NCBI GenBank assembly: GCA_951406725.2
Contig: OX597822.1
Location: 23,994,001-24,058,000, forward strand
Source: Octopus vulgaris
Taxonomy: Eukaryota
Direction: 5' to 3'
Length of the DNA stretch: 64,000 nucleotides
Shown here: in pieces, positions 51,721-62,770 of the stretch
How positions within the stretch are numbered: the first letter of the stretch is position 1
Layout: each line of letters starts with the position of its first letter
Notes under the pieces: generated by a model
Database searches by the model: none
The model's input: only the letters and a program-made list of their open reading frames with translations
Told to the model about the DNA's origin: nothing
Program-made: the position numbers and the translations under genes

Positions 51721-51906
51721 TTTTATGTGCCACCGACACAGGTGCCAGACGAGGCTGGCGAACGGCCACGCTCGGATGGTGTTTTTATGTGCCACCGACA
51801 CAGGTGCCAGACGAGGCTGGCGAACGGCCACACTCGGATGGTGTTTTTATGTGCCACCGACACAGGTGCCAGACGAGGCTGACGAACGGCCACGATCGGA
51901 TGGTGT
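51721..51906 (-). repeat. Three near-identical 62-bp modules in an RTE 3' UTR
   Basis: Units start at 51721, 51783 and 51845; diverged modules continue to about 51995. Confidence 0.92.
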
Positions 51907-52285
51907 TTCTTACGTGCCCACAGCACGGAGGCCAGTCGATGCGGTACTGGCTACGGCCACGTTCGGATGGTTTTCTTGTGTGCCACCGGCACTGGTAATT
52001 TTCCACAAAGATACAAATTCCATTGATGTTCATCTATTTTGATTTGATTTGATTTGATTTGATTTTCACTTGCCTCAACAGGTCTTCACAAGTGTCACAA
52101 GAAGGAAGGAAGGTATGCACAGGTGAACTGACAACGTCCCAGGTAGGGGCCACGGGTTATGGCCTGACTAGTCTTGCCGGGTCTTCGGATGATGTTTTTA
52201 TGTGTCTCCGACACAGGTGCCAGATGGATGGTGTTTGTTACGTGCCCACAGCACGGAGGCCAGTCGATGCGGTACTGGCTACGGC

Positions 52286-52321
<36 letters not shown>

Positions 52322-52323
<2 letters not shown>

Positions 52324-52709
52324 ATGGAAGCACTCCGTCGGTTACGACGACGAGGGTTCCGGTTGATCCGAATCAACGGAACAGCCTGCTCATGAAATTA
52401 ACGTGTAAGTGGCCGAGCACTCCACAGACACGTGTACCCTTAACGTAGTTCTCGGGGATATTCAGCGTGACACAGAGAGTGACAAGGCCGGCCCTTTGAA
52501 ATACAGGTACAACAGAAACAGGAAGTAAGAGTGAGAGAAAGTTGTCGTGAAAGAGTACAGCAGGGATCACCACCATCCCCTGCCAGAGCCTCGTGGAGCT
52601 TTAGGTGTTTTCGCTCAATAAACACTCACAACGCCCGGTCTGAGAATCGAAACCGCGATCCTATGACCGCGAGTCCGCTGCCCTAACCACTGGGCCATTG
52701 CGCCTCCAC
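52322..52709 (-). mobile_element. SINE family C, full length and CpG-rich (young)
   Basis: tRNA-Arg-like head at 52709-52635; the 3' end reads ..GTCGTCGTAACCGACGGAGTGCTTCCA. Confidence 0.85.
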
Positions 52710-53939
52710 AATATATATGAAGTTAGCACAAGGCATGAGGATGTGGAAGAAGAAGGTTTAAACTATTTATCAGTTAGCAGTAGTTTATTTTCAACTCCAT
52801 AAGACACTGAGACAGGGCTCTATGTGGTCAATCAACGTGATAGAAATAGCTGAAAATTTTCCCTCAGATTTCAACATTCTGTCTTAAAAAGGCAAATAAC
52901 AGAAAGGGCACATTAAATAACATAGTCCAAGATAGACTATGTCTCTCAAATATAAACCACACATGATTGCAGCCGGAATATCCTTGATCATACATCTTTG
53001 TGATCAGAGCTGACCTGGAGAATAATATATTATTGGTATTTACCCTCTTGGCCCTCTGTGTAATCAAATCTCAATAGATGTGCTAAAACTACTGTCTATT
53101 ACAACCAAATATATTCTGTTCTGTTTTGCATCTTCTATCCATCAACTACTGCTGTTGTTGTGAGCCAACAATGTTTTGTACCTACTCAGGTTTCAATTTT
53201 ACAGTCAACATTATCATGTTTCAGATAAGCACAAGTATAGCTTTATATATATAGATGATGATGATGATGATGAAGATAGTGATGATATCATCATCTTCAT
53301 TTAACATCCGTTTTCCATGCTGTATAACTTTATGTATATGTATATGTAGTTTACTGCTTCATCTGTGAGTGATAAATATCATTTAATATACATGGTATTT
53401 AAATATCAGTTACTGATAGTTTCATGCCATGGAAACACAATCATTCAGCAGATTTACATAACATGCTTTGTGTCTCCAAATAATCATTCAGGCTAAAAAT
53501 ACATATAGGTGGTTTATTTGAAAAACAGGAACACTAGTCTATGAGAAAACATGACAAGGAACAACATATATATATAAGGCAATTAAGAAAATGGAGAGGA
53601 TAATCAATCGACTAACATCAGTTGCAGACATTCATTTATATCTATTTATTAATTGATTACAATTATTACACTCACGGAGTGATCACTACATTCACGGAGT
53701 GGTTGGCATTAGGAAGGGCATCTAGGTGTAGAAACACTGCCAGATCAGACTGGAGCCTGGGGCAGCCTCCTGGCTTCTCAGATCCCGGTTGAACCGTCCA
53801 ACCTGTGCTAGCACAGAAAATGGACATTAAACGATGATGATGATAATCAAAATACACCCATGAAATATGCAAATAAGCTGGATGCCCTTCCTAAAGCCAA
53901 CTACCTTACAGAGTGGATTGAGTGCTTTTTAGGTAGGAG

Positions 53940-54250
53940 GATTCAAAAGGGGTCTCAGGGAGCAGTTTACAACCACATTTCTTAAAAATTGTGGTAGAGG
54001 CCTTAGTCTCGGGACCACTCATGTCTAGAAACTGAGGCTGGGAGTAAGCAAGGGCATGCTCCCCGTAGAAAATCCAGCTCCAAAAAAGCCTCATGATAGC
54101 AAGGGAGAATGGGCACCAGCCAACCCAAAGGTTGGGGTGGGCTGCAGCTGCCTACCTCAGTTGCTATGGCATTGAGGCAGATCCAGCCACCCATTATCAG
54201 CGACAAAACCTGGACTTAAAAGACTGGATGATGATGATGATGATGATGAT
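53940..54250 (+). mobile_element. Unclassified retroposon remnant ending in (GAT)n
   Basis: GGCTGGGAGTAAGCAAGGGCATGCTCCCCGTAGAAA resembles the RTE UTR core motif; ends in a GAT tail. Confidence 0.35.
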
Positions 54251-54419
54251 GAACAGGTTTTCTTTGGTTTCCATGTAACAAGTTCACTCACAAGATTTTA
54301 GTCAACCTGAGACTATAATAGATGACACTTGTGCAAGCGATCATGCATTTGGAATGACAGCTGAACCACGTGAATGGGAAGCAATTTCTTACTTCACATC
54401 CACAACTGTTCCCCCCCAC

Positions 54420-55235
54420 ACACAATATAAGAGCAAATATGTTAAGAGAAAAGTTGGGCATAAGAGGAATCAAATGCAGCATGCAAGAGAGAAGATTACG
54501 TTGGTTTGGACACATGATGCCTATTTAGGAAGACAAACCTACTCTCTACTCATGCCATGCCACTTGTATTATGACCTGTATGCTTTGAGGGAATGCCCTG
54601 GCATGTGCCACCATCTATCTATCTCTTCCTTTACTCCACTATTCCATTTATATTCTGATCCCTGTCTCTTGTGAATATGCTCAACACTTTACAGCCATCT
54701 CTCTCCTTCTCTCCCTCTCTTGCACTCTTGCTGTCTCCCATTCTCTCTTTCCCTCTCCTTTTCTCTCTTCCCCCCTCTCTCTCTCTGGCCAGGTAACCAT
54801 GTATCTCCCCTACAGCAAGACACCTGTTTCTGTCTCTCTCTATCACACTCTAATCTTTCATCATCTGACACAAGATCACATCCTCCAATGCCCCTCCCCT
54901 CTCAGGATGTTTGCCTTGCAAGTTACATGATGACCCTGCCAGTGCTGGTGCCATGTAAAAAGCATCCAGTCCACACTGTAAAGGGGTTGGCATTTGGGAG
55001 GGCATCCAGTTGTAAAAACCATGCTAAAACTGACCTAGCTTGTGCTCATGTCATGTAAAAAGCACTCAGCCTACTCTACAAGGTGGTTGGTGTTAGGAAG
55101 AGCATCCAGCTATAAAAACTGCAAAACAGACATGCAAGCCTGGTGCAGTCTTCTGTCTGGCCAGCTCCGGTCAAACCGTCCGGCCCATGCAATTATGGAA
55201 GGCAGACATTAAACATTGATGATGATCATCATCAT
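54420..55235 (+). mobile_element. Older RTE subfamily: ORF scrap plus long 3' UTR with a duplicated core motif
   Basis: ANMLREKLGIRGIKCSMQERRLRWFGHMM at about 54430-54520; the core motif occurs twice (54940-55020 and 55040-55120); GAT tail. Confidence 0.75.
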
Positions 55236-55809
55236 GATATATAATCTATGTTTTCTTTGGATGTGCATCAATGTTTCTAGTAAAAATATGTACATGTATT
55301 ACACAAACATACAATGCCATCATCAGCAGGCACAGAAAGGGTACTAGAGCAAGATTACTGGCTTGATATATACACACAATACATCATGAATGTGTGATTA
55401 TGAAGTTCATTCACAATGATAGTTTTGAGTTCAATCTCACCCTGCAGCATCTTGGGAAAAAGTGTTCTATTATAACCCCAGGCCAACCAATACTTTGACA
55501 GTGCATGTGTGTGTGAGTTTGTGTATCTATGAGTGTGTGTGTGTGTGTTTGTGCACGTATGTGTGTTAGTGTGTATGTGTGTGCATGTTTCTATACATCT
55601 GTAGATACAAATGTACACATACACATACATCTACACACACACAAACACACAAACATAAATATATATTATATTATATATATAAGGATATAAATGCTAAGAG
55701 CATGATGGGTTTTAGGAGGTTATGAAGTATTAAACATGAAAACAGCCAAGAGGGGAGGGGGAGAGAATGAAAGAGAAATGTGAGAGATAAAAGAAAGAGA
55801 GAGAGAGAG

Positions 55810-55850
<41 letters not shown>

Positions 55851-55931
55851 ATGTGTGTCAAGGAGAAAGGGAGACAGAGTGATATTTAAAGATAGATAGA
55901 TAAATAAAGAGATATAAATATAGACACATAT

Positions 55932-55981
<50 letters not shown>

Positions 55982-56192
55982 TGCCCCTGTGTCAAAGAGA
56001 AAGAGATATACAGTGATATTTAAAGATAAATAGATAAGAGCTGGAAATATGAATAAACAGATAAATAGATGCATTCACACACATGTGCATGCAATACACA
56101 CACATATATATATGTGGATATCATGATGATCACTATCACCATCATTTAATGTGCATCTTCCATGCTGGCATGGGTTGGACATTATACATAAT

Positions 56193-56242
<50 letters not shown>

Positions 56243-56952
56243 TAGGTGGGGAGAAAGAGACAGAAAGAGTGCCTAATTGTCAAAGAGGGATAGAGAGTGT
56301 TATTTAAAGAAAGAAAGAAAGAAAGAAAATAGGATAGATACAAAGATGGTTTGATATAGAGAGACAAACAGACAGACATACATGCATACATACATAGGAA
56401 GGCTGAGAGGGAGATAATGTCTAATGATTAAAGAGAAAGCACGACAGAGATTTATACATACACATACACGCATGCATATATATGTTTGTGTGTGTGTGTG
56501 TGTGTGTGTACATTGTTTCTTCAGAGAGAGAGAGAGAGGGAGAGAGAGAGAGAAGGAGAGAGGTGTGGAGGGAAAGAGAGAATGAAAGGTGGTAGTTATT
56601 GGTTGTGAAAAAAGGTAGTGTGAAGAAGGTTGATGTCATTCTGACATTTAATAAGACAACAGTCATCACACTATATTATAGAATGGTTCCTTGTTCTGCT
56701 AGGATGCCAGAGGTTGTGGATAATGTGTAGGCTATGCATGGCACAGGGGCATGTTTTCAATGCAGTCTTATTTCAGATATTTTTCTTTTTCCTTTTCCTC
56801 TTTTGACAGCCATACAAGTTCTTATTCAACCGCAGATCATCTCTGAAGAGAACTCTATGATCAAAGACATTCCAGATATGAACGTCTTGTCTATCTTTTG
56901 CCGCCTTTTTAAGGACATTCTAAACATATCTTTTATATATATATTTTTTATG

Positions 56953-57188
56953 CAGGGTGGCCCAAAAGTAGGTTTACAGTTATCACATAGGCACTTTAAA
57001 TTTCTTATAAAACATTTTATTACACTTAAATTTCTATCTTACAAACTGAAAAGGGAGCTTGTCAAAATTAACTAAATTAGCATAGAATAATGGTTTCATA
57101 TTTTTTTTATAATTAAGATCTAAATTGTTAATATATGAATGCAAAAGAGATAATTCAGTAACTGTAAACCTACTTTTGGGTCACCTTG
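56953..57188. mobile_element. Tc1/mariner-type MITE, 236 bp
   Basis: 30-bp TIRs CAGGGTGGCCCAAAAGTAGGTTTACAGTTA (28 of 30 match); TA on the right, TG on the left. Confidence 0.85.
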
Positions 57189-57223
<35 letters not shown>

Positions 57224-57234
57224 ATGTATGTATG

Positions 57235-57281
<47 letters not shown>

Positions 57282-57607
57282 TCTTCATTTTTGTCTATTA
57301 TATATTTTTTTTTCTCTTTTTCTTCATTTTATCTTTTGAGATATTTTCTTTTTATAGTGATATATTTCATTCTTCAAGTATCTTCTTTCTGTTCTTAAGA
57401 AGGTAGGGTGTAATTTGAAACACTAAACAGTTTTATTGGGCTCCCACTGCCCATCATGGCAAGCTGTACAAATCTTGCAATACTCTTCTGATTATTTTCT
57501 CTTTAAACCCATTGTTCTCATTCATAATCAACATTTCTACACCCCTTCTACTTATGGGTATACATGTGTGTATACTCTTCAGACAGAGAAAATTAAATAT
57601 TTAATTT

Positions 57608-57703
57608 CTGTCTGAAGAATTTCTAATAGGAAATTCCATATATTTATATATAACATATACAACTTTGTAGTTCCTATTACCAAATGAAACATGTGTAATG
57701 CAG
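57608..57703 (+). ncRNA. Degenerate type I hammerhead with extended stem II
   Basis: CTGT-CTGAAGA-ATTTCTAATAGGAA...TTCCTATTACCAAAT-GAAACATGTGTA. Stem III looks like CpG-decayed GAAACGCGCGTA; stem I is weak. Confidence 0.5.
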
Positions 57704-59203
57704 AATAAATAATACAAAAAAAATTCCAATACAATAACTCGCAATTAATATTTTCTATAATTCTCAATTTTGATATGTATTTTAATATGTGTATATATTT
57801 TTTTAATTCTTTTTATTCTTGTTTCAGACGTTTGTCTGTGGCTATGCTGGAGCACCACCTTTAGTCGAATAAATCAACCCCAGAACTTATTCTTTGTAAG
57901 CCTAGTACTTATTCTATCAGTCTCTTTTGCTAAACCACTAAGTTAGGGGGACATATATTTCTTTACTACCCACATAGTTAGGGGGACATAAACACACCAA
58001 CATTGGCTATTAAGCAATGGTGAGGGTACAAACAAACACAAATACACACACACACATATACATATGACAAGCTTCTTTTAGTTTCCATCTTCTTTCAGTT
58101 TCCTTATATTTCTAATGAAATACAGCGCCTACATGTTTCAATTAATTTTCTTTTACCCCTTTTGCTATGATATTTCTTACTAATATACACATCTTATGTT
58201 TCAAGACTTTATCATTATTAGACTTTTTGATAATAACTTGCCTAAAACCATTTCTGGTTTTATGATACAAACTTCCTGTTTTGAAGTGATCAAAACTAAA
58301 ATCTTCCATCAAAATTTCTCGTTAATTTCTGTTCCAAACACTAGCTTAATAATGACAAAGTTATTTTACCAAAAATTCTTCATTATTTTCAAAATTAATT
58401 GAAACAAAGGCAGCATATTTCAATAAAAATATGGAAACAAAAGGAATTAAGGTGCTATTTGGAACCTAACATAACAAAAATATCATTAAATAAAGTTATG
58501 ATGGAAGGTTTTGGTTGGCGTTAGGAAGGGCATCCAGCTGTAAAAACCTTGTCAAAGCTGACCTTGCCTGCGCTTGTGCTATGTAAAAAGCACTAAGTCC
58601 ACTCTGATGAGTGGTTAGTGTTAAGAAGGGAATCCAGCTGTAAATATCCTGCGAAAACAGTTATAAAAGTCTGGTGTAGGCTTCTGCCTGGCTGGATTTT
58701 GTCAAACCATTCCAGCATGGAAGGGGGACGTTAAACGATAATGATGATGATGAAAGTTTTGTATTGCTGGTCTCAGTTAAGTTGGCATCTAAAGGTTAAG
58801 TTAACGAGCTTTGATTTAGAAGTGTCTAGAGACTGCTGAGAAAGAATCAACATTATTTTTTAACCTCTCTTTACTTCTATTTAATTACTAATAATTAGCA
58901 ATCTAAAATGGATGAGTTGTTTAGGATGTCTTAAACTGTTGTATTTGTCCAGAGTTACCATCTTGTGTTGATATGTGTTAATTAAGCATTAAATATATTG
59001 GCTGATGAAATGATCATCTGCACTCATGGATCAACAGTGATAGCCAACCTTGCACCGAATGCCAGAACAAAGATCAGTCGAACCCATCTAGTATACTATT
59101 GGTAAAGCAGTCAGTGATGTCATGCAACAGCCAGCAGGCTATGAATAAATTAGCTATTAGTGATAGAAGTAGTGTTTATCATGAATCATAATTAGCACAT
59201 CCA

Positions 59204-59613
59204 ATTTCTTTATTAGCCACAAGGGCCCAAACATAGAGGGGGACAATACAGCCTGATTGGGGTCAGACACACAATGATTATATGACTTTTAAAATCTTAC
59301 AAAATATAATGAAATTGAATGAAATCGAATGAGATACAACAAGGACGAAACACAAACATGAAATGAAGCAGAGAGATGGCTTATGCTCCAACCCCACAAG
59401 CCCCATTCTCCTACTGAAACTTTTGTATGCAGACTTATGACATGTTCACAAGGAATCTTTCATTCCCAGCACCCTCGCAACATGCAACCATCTTTCTTTG
59501 AACATTTTCTTTGACAGGCATCTTCTCTCCAGCCTCACCTTCCTTTTAAGCTGGAAGATAAAAAATCTCACCAACCCGAGACTGGAGATGAGGTTGCCTG
59601 TCGCTCATCCACC
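59204..59613 (-). pseudogene. Tx1/L1-like LINE 3' fragment (ORF2 C-terminus and 3' UTR)
   Basis: Minus frame 59604-59446: TGNLISSLGLVRFFIFQLKRKVRLERRCLSKKMFKERWLHVARVLGMKDSL*; the F..RW ending is Tx1-like (recognised from memory). The UTR ends ..CCCTTGTGGCTAATAAAGAAATT. Confidence 0.55.
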
Positions 59614-59711
59614 CTAAATTGGATGTGTTGTTTAGAACACATTAAACTGCTGTATACATTCAGAGATACCATCTTGTATTGATGATACATGATAATTAAG
59701 CACCGAACATA

Positions 59712-59817
59712 TCATCTGATGAAATGATCATCTGACGAAATGATCATCTAGCAAAATATTCGTCTGACAAAATGACCATCTGATGGAATGATTGTTTAAT
59801 GAAATGATCATCCGCAG
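59712..59817 (+). repeat. 16-bp minisatellite, about 6.5 units
   Basis: Consensus TCATCTGAYGAAATGA, period exactly 16. Confidence 0.85.
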
Positions 59818-60200
59818 TAATTTGATTATTACTTTAATTATAATTTGGAAAGTAAAAACAAACATTACACTACAGCAGTGCATTAAACAGGTGCAATGAT
59901 GAAGCTGCAACAGAAACTAAATGCATCTTGCAATTGATACATTTAGAACAGGAGGTTGGTACAGTATAGACTCAGACTCAGGTTTGTCATTATGCCTAGG
60001 ATTTACAAAGTCAGAGCCTCACCCTTCTTCCAAAGTGTAGAAGTCACTGAGGCTGAGGTTACAACACTCCCCACTCTCTTGGATGGGACACCAGTCTGTC
60101 ATTGGATTAACCTTCCCGGCTTTTGCTGGAATTCATTTTTGCCAGCTTAGTGGACTGGAGCAAACATGAAAATTCTAAGGCACTGAGGCGAATCATAAGA

Positions 60201-60242
60201 CACCTGAAGAAGGCTGGAGCACACAACAGCTGAAATGTAGTG
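60201..60242 (+). ncRNA. Minimal type I hammerhead (Penelope pLTR-like)
   Basis: CAC-CTGAAGA-A-GGCTG(10 nt)CAGCT-GAAA-TGTA-GTG. Confidence 0.6.
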
Positions 60243-60308
60243 AAAGCAACAACCAAGATGAGGACATCAGTTCAACTAATCTATATATATATATATAGAT
60301 AGATAGAT

Positions 60309-60780
60309 TAGGGGTGGCTGTGTCGTAAGTAGCTTGCTTATGAACCACATGGTTCCAGGTTCAGTCCCACTGTGTGGCACCTTGGGCAACTGTCTTCTAC
60401 TATAGCCTCGAGCCGACCAAAGCCTTGTGAGTGGATTTGGTAGATGGAAACTGAAAGAAGCCTGTCGTATATATGTATATATATATATATAGTGTGTGTG
60501 TGTATGTTTGCTATTTCTTTATTGCCTACAAGGGGCTAAACATAGAGGGGGTAATTGTATATGTTTGTGTGTCTGTGTTAGTCCGCCCAACATCGCTTGA
60601 CAACCGATGCTGGCGTGTTTACGTCCCCCGTAACTTAGCAGTTCGGCAAAAGAGACTGATAGAATAAGTACTGGGCTTACAAAGAATAAGTCCTGGGTTA
60701 GTTGATTTGCTCAACTAAAGGTGGTGCTCCAGCATGGCCACAGTCAAATGACTGAAACAAGTAAAAGAGTAAAAAGAGAG
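60309..60780 (+). mobile_element. SINE family A containing a SINE B tail scrap (60511-60551)
   Basis: Full head and tail; internal ATTTCTTTATTGCCTACAAGGGGCTAAACATAGAGGGG. Confidence 0.82.
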
Positions 60781-60954
60781 TGTGTGTATATATATATATA
60801 GATAAGGTGTATTTTTTCTAATTTTATATATATATATATATAAAAATTAGAAAAAATACACCTTTTATCAATTCAAAATGAACAATTAAATTACACCATC
60901 TAGAAAATTAAATATACTATTAAAATTAAAAAGGTGGTTTTTTTCTCATTTTTT

Positions 60955-61095
60955 ATACATTTAGAACAGGAGGTTGGTACAGTATAGACTCAGACTCAGG
61001 TTTGTCATTATGCCTAGGATTCACAAAGTCAGAGCCTCACCCTGCTTCTAAAGTGTAGAAGTCACTGAGGCTGAGGTTACAACACTCCCCACTCT
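60955..61095 (+). repeat. 141-bp local duplication of 59937-60077
   Basis: 3 mismatches in 141 bp; offset 1018 bp. Confidence 0.95.
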
Positions 61096-61380
61096 AAATT
61101 TGATTTAGTATTTCTAAATTGAATTTTTTTCCTTGTAAGTTTGGATTTTATTCCCTCAAATAATAATTATTATATATATATATATATATATATAAAATTC
61201 CTAATCTCACAAATATAGAATTGTATTATCCAATCAGTAAGGAGCCAACATAAGACATCAATGGAAGTTTATAAGCCTTAATAATAACTTACTCTGTCAC
61301 TGATAACGGATTTAGCACAGTGGACAAAGGTGGTAGTTAATGCAGTGAAGTCACCTAGAGGTTCAGAGTTCAATCCCAGA

Positions 61381-61422
61381 CACCTGAAGAAGGCTGTAGT
61401 GTACTTCAGCTGAAACCTAGTG
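61381..61422 (+). ncRNA. Minimal type I hammerhead, same family as 60201
   Basis: CAC-CTGAAGA-A-GGCTG(10 nt)CAGCT-GAAA-CCTA-GTG; the downstream aa.caacaa.caag.tgaggaca is also shared. Confidence 0.6.
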
Positions 61423-62229
61423 AAAACAACAAGCAAGGTGAGGACACCACTCTGGCTAATACATAATATGAAACGAAGCATTTTGCTCAAGAATATAACA
61501 TACTGCCTGGTCCAGGAATTGAAACCACAACCTTACAATCATGAGTGTGACACCCTAACCACTAAGCCATGCACCTGCAATATAGTAGTGGTGGTGGTGG
61601 TGGTGGTAGTAGTAGTAGTGGTAGTGGTAGTAGTAGTAGTAGTAGTAGTAGTAGTATGAGGAGCATGCACTGTAAGAGTGCGTCGTTGCATCCCCCATTT
61701 GTAGGTGATTCCCTACTATTTCTAATGAATGACACATCTACACCACTCAGGCACCAACCCGCCAACCCATGGGTCTGTTTTGGGTAGCTATTGTTGCTGG
61801 TGAGGCTTTTACGAGGCTGGAGTGCATCTCCTACCTCAAGCTGTTTTAGTTGCCTTTTTTATGACATTCAGAGGGAACACTGGGTCCATTCTTCGACGTG
61901 CCAGTCTCCACACAACACAATATAGAATTAAAATCGTCAAAATATAAAGTCTCTGGTAAACAGATATTGTTGTTGTTGTTGTTGTTGTTGTTATTGTTGT
62001 CAATTGTTCATGTTATAATTTAGTCATTCCCAGAGTCGAGCAGATCCACGATCAAAGCCATGGAAACCATGACCGATTCCTGTCATTTGGTGTATCTGGG
62101 ACTACATTATTATACAATCGAGCTGGTTTGATATGGGTAAAAGAACACGACAGAATTGAAAAAAAAAGAAGAAAAAAAACAAAGAAAGAAAGAAAAAACA
62201 AAACATGATGCGGCATGCGTGCATGGTTG

Positions 62230-62770
62230 AAAAGGTTGATATAAATTAATGATGTAGAATAGTTGCAAGCGAAAGATAGGTCTTGGAATGATGTGGTTAG
62301 ATCAAACCTTAAAAAGTTGGATTGCAAAGATAAAATGATGTAGTATTAAAATGCATGAAAGGATAGTGGGGGTGGGGGAAGGGGTGATAGTTGTAATGGT
62401 GGTGGTGATGGTGGTGGTGATGGTGGTGGTGATAGTTGTGGTGATAGTGGTGGTGATGATGGTGGTGATAGTGGTGGTGATAGTGTTGGTGATGATGGTG
62501 GTGATGGTGGTGGTGATGGTGGTGGTGATGGTGGTGGTGATGGTGGTGGTGATGGTGGTGGTGATAATGGTGGTGATAGTGGTGGTGATGGTGGTGGTGA
62601 TGGTGATGGTAATGAGTGTGGCGGTATTAGTAGTGGTAGTAGGAGTAGTGGTTGTGGTAGCGGTAGCAGTGGTGGTAGTAGCAGTGATGGTGTAGGTAGT
62701 GGTGGTAGCCCGGGTATACTGCAGACCCACCCAAATTATGGAAGCATGGAAAAAAGAGCATTAAAGGATG
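62230..62770 (+). mobile_element. Old RTE 3' end split by a (GGT/GAT)n expansion
   Basis: DRSWNDVVRSNLKKLDCKDKM resembles RKTWDEVVKHDLRALGLTEAM; a tail-like AGCATGGAAAAAAGAGCATTAAAGGATG lies at 62743-62770. Confidence 0.5.

Noticed and set aside
51721-51906. CRISPR-like array
   Set aside because: Whole units are repeated with no unique spacers, there are no cas genes, and the context is a eukaryotic LINE UTR.
52635-52709. tRNA-Arg gene (also heads at 3248, 12025, 18004)
   Set aside because: No proper acceptor stem, and the sequence continues into multi-copy SINE bodies; these are SINE heads.
59712-59817. CTGATGA..GAAA strings as hammerheads or C/D boxes
   Set aside because: No stem II between the boxes; explained by the 16-bp tandem unit.
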